Shown in pieces: positions 1 to 13,682 of a DNA stretch of 64,000 bases. The stretch is from Phoronis australis. Taxonomy: Eukaryota; Animalia; Phoronida. The stretch's first letter is position 1. Every line of letters begins with the position of its first letter. The stretch covers positions 2,571,442-2,635,441 of the forward strand of contig NMRA01000003.1 in assembly GCA_002633005.1 (NCBI GenBank), given 5' to 3'. Both the position numbers and the translations under genes were made by a program. Below the pieces are notes generated by a model, which saw nothing but the letters and a program-made list of their open reading frames with translations, was not told the DNA's origin and made no database searches.

Positions 1-1065
1 AACGCAAACCAGACCCACTCATTGAAAAGCCCATATTTGTCACCAGGAAGACTCTTCACAACGCAGCCCGGCCGATATTTCAAGTGAGATAGCGCAGTTT
101 TGAAAAGATTCCGTCTCTTGCCGAGAACGGTTTTTGAGCATCGGCAATGCAAGCCGAATATTTCATATTGAGAAAGCACATATTTGAAAAGAAGAACCAA
201 CACTCGTTGGGAATGGTCTTTGTGCATCGACGACGCACATTTCTTATTGGGAAAGCCAGATTTTCAAAAATTAATTGCTCAGACCATTTGAGTCTCATTT
301 ACCTGCAATTATACTGCTATCAAATGACCGAGCCAGCATTGTTGATACTACGACCGCTCTTCGAAATAATGTACACCCGGCCACGAAATTCGGACACTAG
401 CGGAAACCCAGATTTGGAGGTCCGCCAAATTCGGACACCACAAAATGATATTTCGCAAGATTCGTCCAAGAATGAATTTTTTCTATTGGAATTAATTTTC
501 AGTGTCCGAAAATCACGCGACTTTACCGTACTGCAATGCTTTTCGTGATAATACCGCTATTATGCTTTCACAAATAAGCAGTGTCAAGTTTAAGTTAAAC
601 AATAAAAAGTAAGTTACTGTTGCGTCCACCATTTCTTTGTACATTAGAACGAGTGAAGACAACCTACCGTCACCTAGCTGATTTATCATCCTAGCACACC
701 TTTGGTGTCCACATCCAATGTATTACCGATGTCACACTGTGAGGCTTATGAAGGCAACACCCAGACAATGGTTCATTTTTCACAAGCACAGAACAATGAA
801 GTTGTTAGTAAATATTCATTGGAGAAAATAACTTTCAAAACAAGCTTACTAAACATGCCAATACTACTAACACCTTAAAGACAAAGTGTATAAGCAATGC
901 CTGTAAGGAACACCAAAACCCTCACTTTGTATCGCAGAACCCACCTTGTTGACACAATATAATGAAGGGTTATAGCTGAGCAATTTTTCAATCTCTCACA
1001 ACAGTGTATAGGGTTGCACATCCTCAAAATTGACTATTCAGTCCTTCCACCTTAGTGAGTAGACA

Positions 1066-1162
1066 ACAAGAGCAATGCTTAACTGTTTATAGCTGACAGA
1101 GCATTGTTGACTGTTTACAGCTGACAGAGCAATGCTTAACTGTTTACATCTCACAGAGCATT
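1066..1162. repeat. Tandem repeat, about 29-bp unit x3
   Basis: agagcaatgcttaactgtttacagctgac variants. Confidence 0.8.
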
Positions 1163-1208
1163 CATTTGTTGACTGTGTGTAATCATCCTGGTGACCAAGC
1201 TGTTCAAA

Positions 1209-1351
1209 TATGGTCTGTTTTGGGACTGCAAGTTCAACAGTGAAAAGACACTTTCAATATGGTCTGTTTGGGACTGCAAGTTCAACAGTGAAAAGACACT
1301 TTCAATATGGTCTGTTTGGGACTGCAAGTTCAACAGTGAAAAGACACTTTC
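1209..1351. repeat. Tandem repeat, 48-bp unit x3
   Basis: atatggtctgtttgggactgcaagttcaacagtgaaaagacactttca. Confidence 0.92.
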
Positions 1352-4342
1352 TTGACTGTTTCTACTGCACTGAACAGTTGTAATTCTCTTCTTGTTGAAC
1401 CTGTTTGTGTGCCATTTTGAGCTACAGGTGAATGGAAGTTGTCTTTTAGTTTAAAATTAGTGTTTTTAATATGCAAGACTGAAATCATGCAAACCTGGTT
1501 CTAACACTCCTGTATGTGGCATTTGTTTTATAAGGAGACCAGTTTTTGACGTTTCCAGTGTCTGGCAGCCTCGTGACTAAAGACAGTGGGTTTGAAAAAT
1601 ACTTCTGAGGTTGCCCCAGGTTAAAACCACAAACCATAAGGGGAATTTTTCATCATTCAGCGGGTAATGTTTGACCTGATGAGGGAAATTTTACACAATT
1701 TTTTAATACTTTTAAGAGGGGAATGGCTGATATTCGGCACCAATTTTCTAGGGATCAAGGGCCTTGGTTGGTGAAATGCTCTTTTGAGCATATGACAGTC
1801 ACAGGACACTCATCTGGATCAACAACTCTTTCCCCTCATGTTTACAACACCATGAGATATCCCATATAATTGGCTGACTTATGTGGTGAATATACAGAGA
1901 TTTGACCTCACTCACATTGGTTTGTAGTACCGTACTACGATTAATGCTGAGCTTTCCGTTAACATTTTCCAATGTGCAAAACTGACTGTGTGCAAATTGG
2001 GTGAGGCAAGAAAATCATACCAAGTAGCCTCACGTGAAATAAGTGAGGGAAAATATACTATTATATTTTTCCAAATAATTTTTGGTGCGCGAAATTAGGA
2101 GGAGATTTGAAATAAATGAAGAATCGCCGTAGTGTCAGCATGCTATGCAGCAACAAGTTGGGGAGATGCAAAGAACTACATGCTGTTAAAAGTTACATTC
2201 ACAAGATAAACCCAACTGTGGTGTGTGCTCCTACTGAGGTTCCCAATTAGATGTTCAATATTTCAGTAATCAATGACACCTCCAAGAAAGTCAGAACACT
2301 AGTTACTGTATGTGCACACCATCAACAGACACTAAGAAAGTATACAGTGAAGTACCCTTATCAACTGTTGGTGGAAATTGGCATAACATTAGTGACTAGC
2401 AAATATGTTGATTATTTACATGACAACTCTGTCAAATTAAGCTACTGAGTGGAATATTACACTTTACTCAATAAAACTGACAACAATAACATAAATGATC
2501 AATTTACTCAACTGCACAACCAAGACGATTTTTGTGATTTATCCAGTTATGTTCTACTTGGTCAGTTTTGGATAGGCATTGGTTCGAATAGATAAATATT
2601 CAGTTACCAAGTTTGACTATTCAAGTGCAAAAGGTTCAGCACATTTACAGATTTTCATATCTGAAAATTCCCCATCATAAAAAATTCAACTTATAATAAT
2701 CAGACTTAAACACAAGTTATCTAAAAAAATAAAACTGAAATCATATTAGAACTATTCTTTTACCACATTTTCATGACTCATGGGTCTTGCGCAAACGTAT
2801 CAACAATCAAAATTTTTTTTAACAATGCTGTATAGAGGTGTTTATTATGTTTTTACCTGGATGACCAGTAGGAAACAACACAGTGAAAGTCCTCTGAACT
2901 CTGACATAGTTCGAGCAGACACTGCTAGAAACATTTACACCTGACTTTTAAGAACTACAGTTGTACATAACAAATCGAAATGATACAACTAATTGACAAA
3001 GAAATCTATGTGAAATACCATTTGTAATACAAATACTATGCCCGACTGTCAAGAATTACCCACTGTAAGGTAAAAAGCAAACACCTTACTACCCAACCTG
3101 CCTGTTTGGTACATCATTATTTGCTAAGATAGCAATTAAAGATCATCTCAGTTGCCCCATTCAGTCTCAGGTAAAGCCAGCCATTGAAAACTACAGGTAT
3201 TCAGAGGCTGTAAGTAACACACTCGTCTTACGGCAAAATTTGAACATGGTAAATGCAATAATTTTATGCTAAGTATCTTTTAGAAAAAAATAAGAAAAAA
3301 TAGAATTTTATTTGTTCACTTTATTGTGTTCTAAACTGGTGAAATTTTACTGTCAGCGAGGCAAAAACGGACAAATCATGAAATGCCACCGACATGCCCA
3401 GGAACTCTTCATATCAATACTTTTGTAGAATTTTCATGCACAGGTAACGTGCTTCTGACTTAGAAGGTGTGCTAAACAAAATACCTGCTTGTGAATATCA
3501 CCGGTTAAAGCAGAATTGAACAACGTTTTTAATGCAGTACTCGATGCTTGTCGTGACCCCAAGTCATCAAATGTGACTTCGCGAAAATCCCAGGTACCCA
3601 CTGAAATCTGAAGTACCATAGTGAAAACTAACGCCGAAATCGTGGACCAAAAGACTTAACTCTTCCTGACAACGAAGAACACAGACATTCAGATACACTG
3701 GAGGCGCATGTTTCATGGTCCGATCTTGCCCAATTTTTGCTGCACAATTAAACCTCCAACTGTTTACTTCCTCTTGTAACTTCAGCACGAGTAACGGTAA
3801 ATGTGTGCTGACTCTTGAGGGCGGCAAATGCACACATTTAACAAAATAAATGAAACAAGTATGAACCAAAGGTACTGAATCTGGGAAAACTGCCAGTAAT
3901 TCAAAGTTTGGAAGTTGCCACAAATTTCGAAACAAATTTCGGGCCAAATTAATTTCTGACTTTGATACTCGCTGTGGCGACTTCATGGCGACTTCAGATT
4001 CTTCCCAGGTCTCCAAACGCAATCTGAAGTCGTATTAGTGTAATGGGTGAAATTTTTCATAGATGTGTGTTTTAAACAAGAATATGGGCATAGTCATAAA
4101 TGTAAGCATGTAATTGAACATCGGCGCATAAAAGTCTTTTTTTTTTTTAATTCAGGAAAGGTCAGTTATGTCGAACGTGAGCATTAATGCAGACGATTAT
4201 AAGAATAGAAATTAGCAGACATACCTGGTGTAGTTGATGTCTCAGTACAATATAATGAAACAGGAACTAACTCCTTCTTAGTGACCCACGTGTTCAGAAT
4301 CTGTAATATACAAGGACACCCTATGACAAAACACTTCACTTA

Positions 4343-4763
4343 AGTAGCGTCCACACGCGGACTTATCCTAGAACAACTTGCACTTGCCCACTTTACTAGC
4401 AAGTGGGGTACAAAACACATAAACACGCACAGACACACACAAACACGCACAAACACACAAAAACACACACACATCTGATAACGGAAGGCGAAAGTTTTCG
4501 CTCTGTGCATGACAACTGATGAGAACACAGCATGCAAAAGAAAACCCATCTGTATGTAACCACAGCAGATAATTACTTCTGCCTTGCCCCAGGTTTACGG
4601 CCTCGCAGAGATTAGAAATGGTGAAAGTTACCCTAGAATGAGTTACCACACCTCGATAAGGTTGAGTAAGTTTTCACAAGTGGGGTAAGTTGCACTAGTT
4701 CAAATAATGTCCATACAGCACTCAAACCTAGCGACAACTAGGGTTCTACGTGTGGACAGCACT
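4343..4763. mobile_element. Harbinger-like MITE, TSD TTA
   Basis: agtagcgtccacacg..cgtgtggacagcact flanked by tta; internal CA-rich tract. Confidence 0.6.
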
Positions 4764-7700
4764 TTAGCCAGATCATGAGTACTTGAATAGTACCGGTATA
4801 CTTAAAGACATCTTGAAATGTTTTAAGTGTTGCAAGGGGAGCAAGTGACCTTCCCATAGAAATGCCTACATTCAGGTAAATCATGTGGGTCCCTTATCAC
4901 ATTAACACCCTCATGCTAATGAACTGCTTTCTGCTCTCTATCTATTCAGATGTCAAAACAGGGAACTTTATTTATTAACACCTTCTAGAGAATATTGAGT
5001 CACCCACTATAATCATATGTGGTACCGCCAATCCTCACGTGAAATATTGGCACTTAAGTCAACAATTTTCATTCTAAGCTACTACTATAAGTTATTTTTT
5101 CAAAAGAACTTGTTTCTTTCTCACTGCTGCAAGAAAGAAACAAATATGGTGTTTCCTTGGACCAAGTACCAACATGTTTTATTCAGTCATATAACACTAC
5201 CGGTATATGACTATATCATACCATATTGAATTATCAAACAGGTTATGGTAAAAATTCTCGAGCATTGCACAAAAGTGCCTCTCACTCCTCTGAGCTTGGT
5301 CTTACTAAAGTGAGTGGATGAGTGTGTAAGGGAATGAATGAGAACCACATCGGAATACCCAACATTGAGTGTGAAGAGTAAAGAAAAAAAACACGACTTT
5401 GAATACCAGTAAAATCAGCTGGCTGTTGTCATGTGCCTGTAATTGGAATTATCTGAGTGAACTTGGTATAGGGCCGTCCCGGATTACACTCCCATCCACG
5501 GGTATTTGTCAATTGTATAACCTTTCATCGTAGTTGCAGCCCACAGCACAACAATAATACTTCCGTTGGCATTGGAAGGACGAATTGACTAACGAGGCTG
5601 AGAAAAATTTGTAAAGAATACACAACAACAAAGAACATGTGGAACTCCAAAGGTGCGAAATACAAAAGTGCTTGAAGGATATTGCAGCATTGTGGGTAAA
5701 TACAGCGAGATTTGAAAGTTACTGTGTAACCTGGAGTGAGGCTATTCTAAGTTCACTCTCGCGCTGTTTCATGCTTAAGCAACGTTTTTTTGCTACAGCT
5801 TACTATCCCCAAATTTTTTAGATTTTCTGAAAACTCCTCTTTTACCGGCGTATTCTTTGCAGCACTTTTGTTCAATTACTCACTGCTGTGCATGCCTGTA
5901 TTTCGAGCAGTTTTTATTCTAGTCGTTAATCGTCATTATCATCATCCTCATCATTTTCATCATTTTTCATCTAATTCTGACATTATTGTCCTTGCGGTAA
6001 TCCTCTTAGCTACAGTTGTTGCCCAATGGACAAGAAATTTACATACAGGTCTTATAAGCAAAGCATGCGTTCAGAATGTAAAATTGTATCCACCTTCCTG
6101 AAGATTTTCTCCATTGCATCCTTACAATTATTGGAAATAACCATTCCAACCAGTGAGATATTCTGTCAAATCTGTTATATATGAATCTCCGCTAAATACA
6201 TGAAAAATGGTTCACTTTACAGCACCAATTAATAACAGATACTTTTTACACCACAAAAAACCATCTGAAACCCACCATGTTTGAAATGTTAACAAATCTC
6301 CTAGCTTAATCACACTATTACTCGAGAGAACTGAAATCCAGAGAATTTTTAAAATCAGAAAAAGCACATTTGTTTCTACATTGAAACGGCATCTTGCGCC
6401 CATCAAAGTAGGATTTTTATGCTTTCAAGACTTTACAGTGAGTTAAGAAGTCTTGAAAGTATAAATATCTCACTTTGACGTACCAAGATGCAACGTAGCA
6501 ATGTGGTCGAAGGATTTCAACCAGCAGAAGTAAGCAATTTTACTTATTTAAAATTCGCATAGCATCAATGAAATGAGGTGAAACTTTCAAGGAAAATGCT
6601 TTAAACATTAAACCTTTGGGATTAATCCAAGAGATAAAAATGTACCATTTATGAAACCGATAGGCGTGAATAAGAGATACCTTTTCAGTTGCACTTGTTT
6701 TTGTGGAATGTTGCAAGTACAGTGATCTCCGTATCAACTTTTACCAGCTTATATTAATCCTTGTACATGGTCGCCCAGACGCCCATCATGGTGGACTCCA
6801 TTAATAATGCATCTCATTACTGAATTATTGAAGGATGTCACATAAATTGTCTGGAATCCATGACAGCCACTAGGTTCCACCACTGCCTTTATAACAGGCA
6901 GACCTAGAACTAAATTTTATTGATAGGCCTCCATTGATAATCCTGGACCGCGCCTTTTCACCGGTAGCGCATAAAAAATAAAAAGGCACAAGTACATTGC
7001 AGCAGTGTACCTCATGGGTGCATCTTTTAAAACGCAACACCCTTCCAAAAATGTAAGATTCTAGTCAACTTACAGCCAGTGTGTTCTTATTCCGCCACAG
7101 CTGAACAGTCTGAAGTCTTTGTTAGATTGCCTTCGTGTATGGAATTTTTAAATAAAAATTCAACTTTTGCATGAAGATGACTAGATGTTCTTATTTCGAT
7201 TGCTCTCATGGTTTCTGTTTCATGTTACCACTTCAATTACACTAAGTCTGCTGAGCATAACTTTTTGAAAAAAAGCACACTTTTATCACCAGGTGCGCCC
7301 AAAGAACACAGGCTCAAACCTGGTCAGGAATATCCTTACGCACAATTGCAGAGAATTGTGCCGAAGAGGCGTCCTTTCGTTCGTAGGATATCTGGACATT
7401 GGAAATGAGTGACACATCTGTAAATCTATAAATTCCCATATACCAGCTCTTCTATGGGGCAGTGACTGGATACAGTGAACCCTTATTTAGTAAACCAGGC
7501 AATCACTGAATAACGGGCCTATTACTCCATGGATGAAACTGCATGTTCTCTAAATTAGGGTCCACTAGACCAGGCAGCCATGAGATGAGTGCTTATTCTG
7601 AGACTTAAGTACCACCCAGTGATAATTAGCACAAATCTAACCAGCACTACAAACTGATTGGATAAAACAATACTTGGACATAACTTAAACGTTTCCAAGG

Positions 7701-8136
7701 CGTCTGAGTAGCCTAACGCGAAATTAAACACAAGCCGTCTGCCAATCCACACCCAGGAGTACACCCACACAATGATTAACCAAATCAAATGAGTTAGACA
7801 CTTCTGTTCGCCGAGCCTCAGGCTCGATCAGCTCTGGCAGTTCCCTTTCAGGCCTCTTTGCCCGTTCACTGTCAAACAAATCCCAATCAGTCAAAAGGAC
7901 TCGGTTGAATTATATTAACATGTATTACCTTCATGTGTGGATTCCGCACAAAACCAGCAACACATCCCGAATTTAGCACCTGCCCCAACCGAACGAAAAC
8001 CCTGGCTGCCATAACTGACAGGTAATCTAGTTGTGTAAAGATGAAGCGCCACCTATTGTTAGATAGAGTGAACACAAAACTGTAGCAGTGACTAATGGAG
8101 TACCGTCGTGCGGTGTGCATGTTTCTTTTTACAATT

Positions 8137-8301
8137 CAGTGGCGGATTTAGAAGGCGCCTAGGGGGCCATGGCCCACCTAAAATTCTCCAAGTCTCCTTT
8201 TGGCAGTTCAGGGGTGCGAATGTCTGATGGACAAAATCCTGGCTAATACTCTGCCCTGGCCCCCGACCCTAACTCAAATTGAAATCCTGAATCCGCCCCT
8301 G
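8137..8301. mobile_element. MITE with CAGTGGCGGAT..ATCCGCCCCTG ends, 5-bp TSD CAATT (hAT5/Tip100-like)
   Basis: TIR and TSD read directly; three further related copies nearby. Confidence 0.85.
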
Positions 8302-8589
8302 CAATTTGCTAATATGAAATCCGCCAAAGTAGTAATATAATCGCAGCGTGTTCTACTAGAGACTTCCGAATGCACGACAGCATTGCATTCGCACATGCTG
8401 GTAATTTCCGAAAATGTGCTCGTAATATACGCCATGTCCATACTAGACCGGGATCCTTGAGCTTTTTTGGGCATGAAAAGGTCACTAACCAACCACATTG
8501 GTCAATGGGTATCCTCATGCTTGGAAATGTCTAGCAGGTTCGCTCTGGTGGGTGTGGTCAGGGGAGCCAAGAGAATGGCACTCAAAAAT

Positions 8590-9530
8590 TGAGCTACATC
8601 AACTTTTCTGGTAACCACTTCAAACTGCCTTCGATACCTACTACGTAATCCACTGTATCAAAATTGGTCACCTCTAGTGCCAGACAGGCAATTTCAGTGG
8701 CGGGGAGTATCAGCCAGACGCTTATAAACAAGGTAAAAAATTGAGCTAGATCAATCCAAGAGGTAACCGCATGAAACCAGTTGCAAAATATTCACCGTGA
8801 GCCCAGGTATCACGAATGAACACTGCCAGACAAATCTAGTGGTGGATTAGCCCAGACACACCCAAATACCCGAGTAGTGAGCTAGATCAACCCACCAGGT
8901 AACCGTGTGAAACCAATTGCACGATGTTCATCATCACTGTACATGGCACAACAATCAGATGCCAGACAATTTCAGTGGTGGGGTGCCCCTGCCAGACGAT
9001 TATCAAAAAGGATTAGAAATTGAGCTAGATCAACCCAAGACGTAACCCTTAAAACGAGTTGCAAAATATTCACCGTAAGCCCAGGTATCACGAATAAACA
9101 CTGCCAGACAAATCTAGTGGTGGGTTAGTCCTACCAGACAGGCCCATCAACTCACTAGGTAACCGTTTGAAACCAATTGCACGATGCTCAGCATCACTGC
9201 ACATGGCATAACAGTAAGATGTCAGACAAATTTAAGGGTTTGGTGCCCCTACCGGACAACTAAAGAAAGGGCTGAAATTTGAGGTAAATCAACCCAAGAA
9301 GTAACCGCATGAAACCAGTAGCAAAATATTCTACGTAAGCCCATGTATCATGAATAAACACTGCCAGACAAGTCTAGCGGTGGGTTAGCCCCGCCACACA
9401 CGACCAAATATCTGAGTTGGGCCAGATTTATCCGCCACTGCAGGTAACTGTTTGATACCATGTGCATAATGTTGAGCAACATTCTGCATGCAGGCAAAAG
9501 GTACCTTACAGACATTTTCAGCCGTGGGGC
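8590..9530 (+). repeat. Diverged tandem units (about 125-150 bp) within and extending the left arm of the Academ-like element
   Basis: Recurring gagctagatcaacc..ggtaacc..gaaacca.ttgca..gccagacaa.t..agtggtggg at about 8591, 8743, 8879, 9022, 9145, 9281 and 9421. Confidence 0.85.
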
Positions 9531-9577
9531 AGTAGCATTCAGAGGTTTGGTCGATGCAGGGGCGACTTTTTATTAGA

Positions 9578-9579
<2 letters not shown>

Positions 9580-9609
<30 letters not shown>
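9580..9609. repeat. (CT)n microsatellite
   Basis: Direct. Confidence 0.95.
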
Positions 9610-9612
<3 letters not shown>

Positions 9613-10069
9613 TCAAATGCATATATCCTATTCAACTGCCCGTAGCCAGCTTTGAGCGGGGGTGGTTCGAATTTCAAGAACGGTGGCATCTTTGATATTT
9701 TGCAAACGTCGACACTGTAGAGTTTTCGGCAAGGCCTTTGACGCAGCTCAAAATAGGGGGAAGGGAAATCTGCATACACAACGATGACTCTCAGCTCTAT
9801 GTATGAGACGAAATTTGTAATACCAGAAATGAGGATGCTGTGACGGTTGCTCGCGAAGAACGGGACACAAATTCGGATATAATGTGGTCCAGAAATAGAG
9901 CATTCTCGCATCATCTGCCAAAGTTTCAAATCAGAGTGATTACACCTCATTGCATACTCAGACGGAAATATGAAGTTTAGTCAGCGAATGGCTTAATTGA
10001 CAAAATTGTTTTTCAGGTTGTATTTTAGCGTGTCACTAAGTTGCTTCCAACGCTGGAAATGTGAGCAGA

Positions 10070-11194
10070 CCACAATTTTGAAGGTTCACTACTCGAAGGT
10101 TTACTATTCCGAAGTCGGTGACTAGGCCTACTTCGAAGATTCACTATTCCGAAGATTCACTGCTTCAAAAAATCCAAATTTTCAAACTCAGGTTTGATTT
10201 TTAACCTTTAACATGCAAAATAAACGATATTTTGGTTATTAGATGCACGTATACTGACAACGTTAACGCTAGGGAACTAAAACACTTCGTTTGGATTTCA
10301 TGTACATGTAGACAGTGACCGCCGTCTCCAGCTGACAAGCACAGCTTAGGAAACGGTGGTCAGATTTCACGTGAGTACGCACTTGCATTTTTAAATGATA
10401 TGAAGTAGAATATTGATGAATTATCAATCATGCACATTCATCAAATCCATGTCAAGATCGCATTGCAGTGCGACGCACACGACCGGGTCGAAACTAAATG
10501 AAGTTAGTAGGCCACCCTGTCCCTGCCAGTCCTCACGAAGTCGGGGAGTTCACTCTTCTTAAATTTGAAGCCGCCGTTGGTCGCCGCAGCCTTGACGCGT
10601 GCCCCAGATGTTGTCTCTGCTTGAGAATATGTCGTGATCACACAATCAGGAGTAGTGAACTGTCGGAGTTCTGGGCTCAGTCTCGAATCTTTTTACTCCA
10701 AATGGAATTCGAAATTATGTTTCGAGTGTTTTACTCTACTTTTGTGAGAATTCAAAACAAGTGTCTATTATTCTATGCTCGAGTACCTAATGACTTACTT
10801 GGATAATTTGTTAATACTAGTATGCAGTTGACAAACCCAACATTAAAGCTAAATTTCGAGTTTGAACTGGAAATTTCCAGATTTTACTCGAGTTTGTAGC
10901 ACGAATGTAAGGGTCTTCAAGTGCAAACTTGGACTATAAACTCATATGCATAAACTATAATGATTGGACCACAGTCTGATAACCACTTATCTTGAGTTTG
11001 CACAAAAGAAGCAGAGAAATTGCCAAAAATAATTTCGAGTTCGTTTCGAGTACAAAGATTAGAGACCGGAACCTATTTTGAATAGTGGAAATTCAAATTA
11101 ATGAATTTTAGAAGGTAACGAACCTTCGGAGTAGTGGACATTCGGAGTACTGAACCTTCGGAGTATTGAAACTTCGTCATAGCGACATGGAACC
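10070..11194. mobile_element. Foldback-type element whose arms are 15-16-bp subrepeats (ttcactattccgaagg / ccttcggagtagtgga); left end eroded
   Basis: Subrepeats at about 10075-10165 are inverted relative to about 11080-11190. Confidence 0.55.
10674..11072. mobile_element. Second copy of the Harbinger-type MITE
   Basis: Collinear high similarity to 39167-39555; flanks ctg/cta. Confidence 0.8.
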
Positions 11195-13041
11195 TTGGAA
11201 ATCTTTTCCATCAAGTTTGTAGCTCGTATGAGGTCTGCAGGGTCGTGCACCATTGACATTGATTGACTAGAGAAGATTTTCATAGACCAAAGTTGAGGTC
11301 TAGGCCTACTTTTCCATCACAAACGTGAAAATGCTCGACAGGGTATTCTCAATGCAAGAAAACACGGTAGCAGAATGTCTGGTTTTTGAGCACGACCGAA
11401 GACTGCCTGTAATGAACTCATTGAATTTAAAAGAACAGAAACGCACACACGTGTACTCGCATGGATGTCAATTCACCAATCCACACTGGATGAACAACAT
11501 AAGTTTGCATATTTGACGATCACTTTCAATTCAAAATTTGAAAACGCCTACACTTCTACCATACCATGTTTGCAATTAAACCAAAATAGCAAAATAACAA
11601 ATTTCAGTTTTCTGCTGTTAGGTTTCTTGGCCGAGTTTAAGGCATTCACGCCACACTAATTTTTGGGAGCTCTCTATTATGCTTACACATGTACAGGTAG
11701 GCCTATAGACATTCATTTCTAGACTATCTTGTTACCCTTTGGTGTAACCACCACACGCGTAGTTTATGAATAATATAAAGCCTACTCTTATCGTATGCAC
11801 GATCCTGTCGTCTACTCAAACAGTGGCACTTGAGTGGACGAATTTGGCCTAGTACGGCCCGACGCCACGAGAAGTGCTTTCAATCAGAAGCAAATTCAAA
11901 ATCATTACTAACTTAGTTGTTAGTGTACTTAGTAGCACCAGTAGCTGCAACAATTTTGTTGTTGTTGTCCATTTATATCCTATCTTTAACGATTATACTG
12001 GGGCTATAGACCTTACCTTTTCAGCGGGGGAGGGATTCGATCGAACCCCCCGAACCCCCCTGGCTCTAGCTATTGATAATAAAAGTAAAAAGGTGAAACA
12101 TAAACTAGAATCATTATTCGACTCAACTGCAAATCAGTCACGATTTCCAAAAAGATTATACATAGTGGTTGGATACCCCTCCCCCAATGTGGATACCCGG
12201 GGCCGTCGCCACGATGGCTGAGCGCCATGTACAGCATCTATGAATAATTAAGTTGAACGAGTTTTATATTCACTATGAAGACAAAAAACGAACAGCTCCA
12301 TTGTCCGCATATGTGTGGTGCAATTGAAATGATTGTCAATCTAACTAAACTGAAAGACTACCAGGACTCGTTATTCCCACAATGTTCCCCATCTGGCGTA
12401 ATTTGGGCGATTCGGGGCAAAGAATACATCTAGCATTGTCGGGGAAAATGTTGATATAGCTACTGACATCATTGACCTTGACGCATCTCTGGAGTTCTCT
12501 GTGGGCTCGGTTTATGAGAAAGATGTAGACTGTCCAAAACTGATCAGTTTTTCCAAATTTTCCATTAATCACTGTGGGAAATGAAGGAAGCTGGCGCGCA
12601 TACATAACGCAGACAACAGCAAAAGACGCGGGCATTTCGGTTGTCCCTCGTTTTAGCAGTTGCATCAAATGACTCGTCCGAAGACAGAAGGACGCTGTTT
12701 AGCAGGAGTGGTAAAATGCGACAACGAAAAATCGAAATTCGTGCAAACACAATGTGACATCCCTCACGATCGGATTTTAGGTTTTTAAAAGTGAATCATA
12801 TGGAGTATTCCGCTGTTGTCGCACAGACTTGTGAGGTCGCTCCAACCTCAGGCGCAATGTTCTCATGCCCTGACGTAAACTTGCGGACAAAAATCTGGCA
12901 CCTTGTGTGGTGACTTATGTCGTACGGACTCACTGGCTTTATTAAAAATCGAAGTGCCTGGTTCCTCATTGTGATACTTATTCAGCGTGAATGTGCTTAT
13001 ATTCAATTTTGTTTCGACTTTTATTATTTGTCTGACGGGGG

Positions 13042-13203
13042 CAGGGGCGTATCCAGGATTTTGAGTTACGGGGGGCCAGGGCAGAGTATTAGCCAGGATT
13101 TTGTCCGTCAGACATTCGCACCCCCGAACTGCCAAATGGAATCTGGGAGAATTTTAGGGGGGGGGGGCATGGCCCCCTTGGCTCCCCTCTAAATCCGCCA
13201 GTG
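13042..13203. mobile_element. Same MITE, opposite orientation, TSD GGGGG
   Basis: Interrupts the right arm of the Academ-like element; the homologous left arm lacks it. Confidence 0.85.
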
Positions 13204-13682
13204 GGGGGCACCACATCGCTGAAATTGTTCAGTTGGCATCTAACCGTTATGCCACATGCAGTGATGCTGAACATCGTGCAATTGGTTTCAAACGATTACC
13301 TGGTGGGCTGGTGTAGCTCAACTCAGGTACTTGGGCGTGTATGGCGGGGCTGACCCACCACTAAAATTGTCTGGCAGTGTTCATTCGTGATACCTGGGCT
13401 CACGGCGAATATTTTGCAACTGGTTTCATGCGGTTACCTCTTGGATTGATCTAGTTCATTTTTACCTTTTTATAACCGTCTGGCTGATACTCCCCACCAC
13501 TGAAATTGTCTGGCAGAGACCAATTGTGATACAGTGGATTACGTAGTAGGTATCGAAGGCAGTTTGAAGTGGTTACCTGAAAAGTTGATCTAGCTCAATT
13601 TTGAGTGCCATTCTCTTGGCTCCCCTGACCACACCCACCAGAGCGAACCTGCCAGACAGCCATTTCCAAGCATGAGGATACC

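Noticed and set aside
147-548. 133-aa ORF at window start
   Set aside because: No recognisable motif or splice structure; probably repeat-derived.
5790-6101. Hydrophobic/His-rich ORF
   Set aside because: Driven by a degenerate (CAT)n tract and T-rich sequence; no splice or homology support.
7293-7408. Possible terminal exon on the + strand (APKEHRLKPGQEYPYAQLQRIVPKRRPFVRRISGHWK*) after caccag, with basic sites reminiscent of a propeptide
   Set aside because: I could not link a convincing upstream exon or recognise any homology; RNA-seq would be needed.
8590-9530. CRISPR-like array
   Set aside because: The inter-repeat segments are homologous to each other, the units are long and diverged, there are no cas genes, and the context is eukaryotic.
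11995-12075. Fragment resembling another GC-rich hAT/Tip100 MITE (gatcgaaccccccgaacccccc)
   Set aside because: Termini and TSD are not resolvable.
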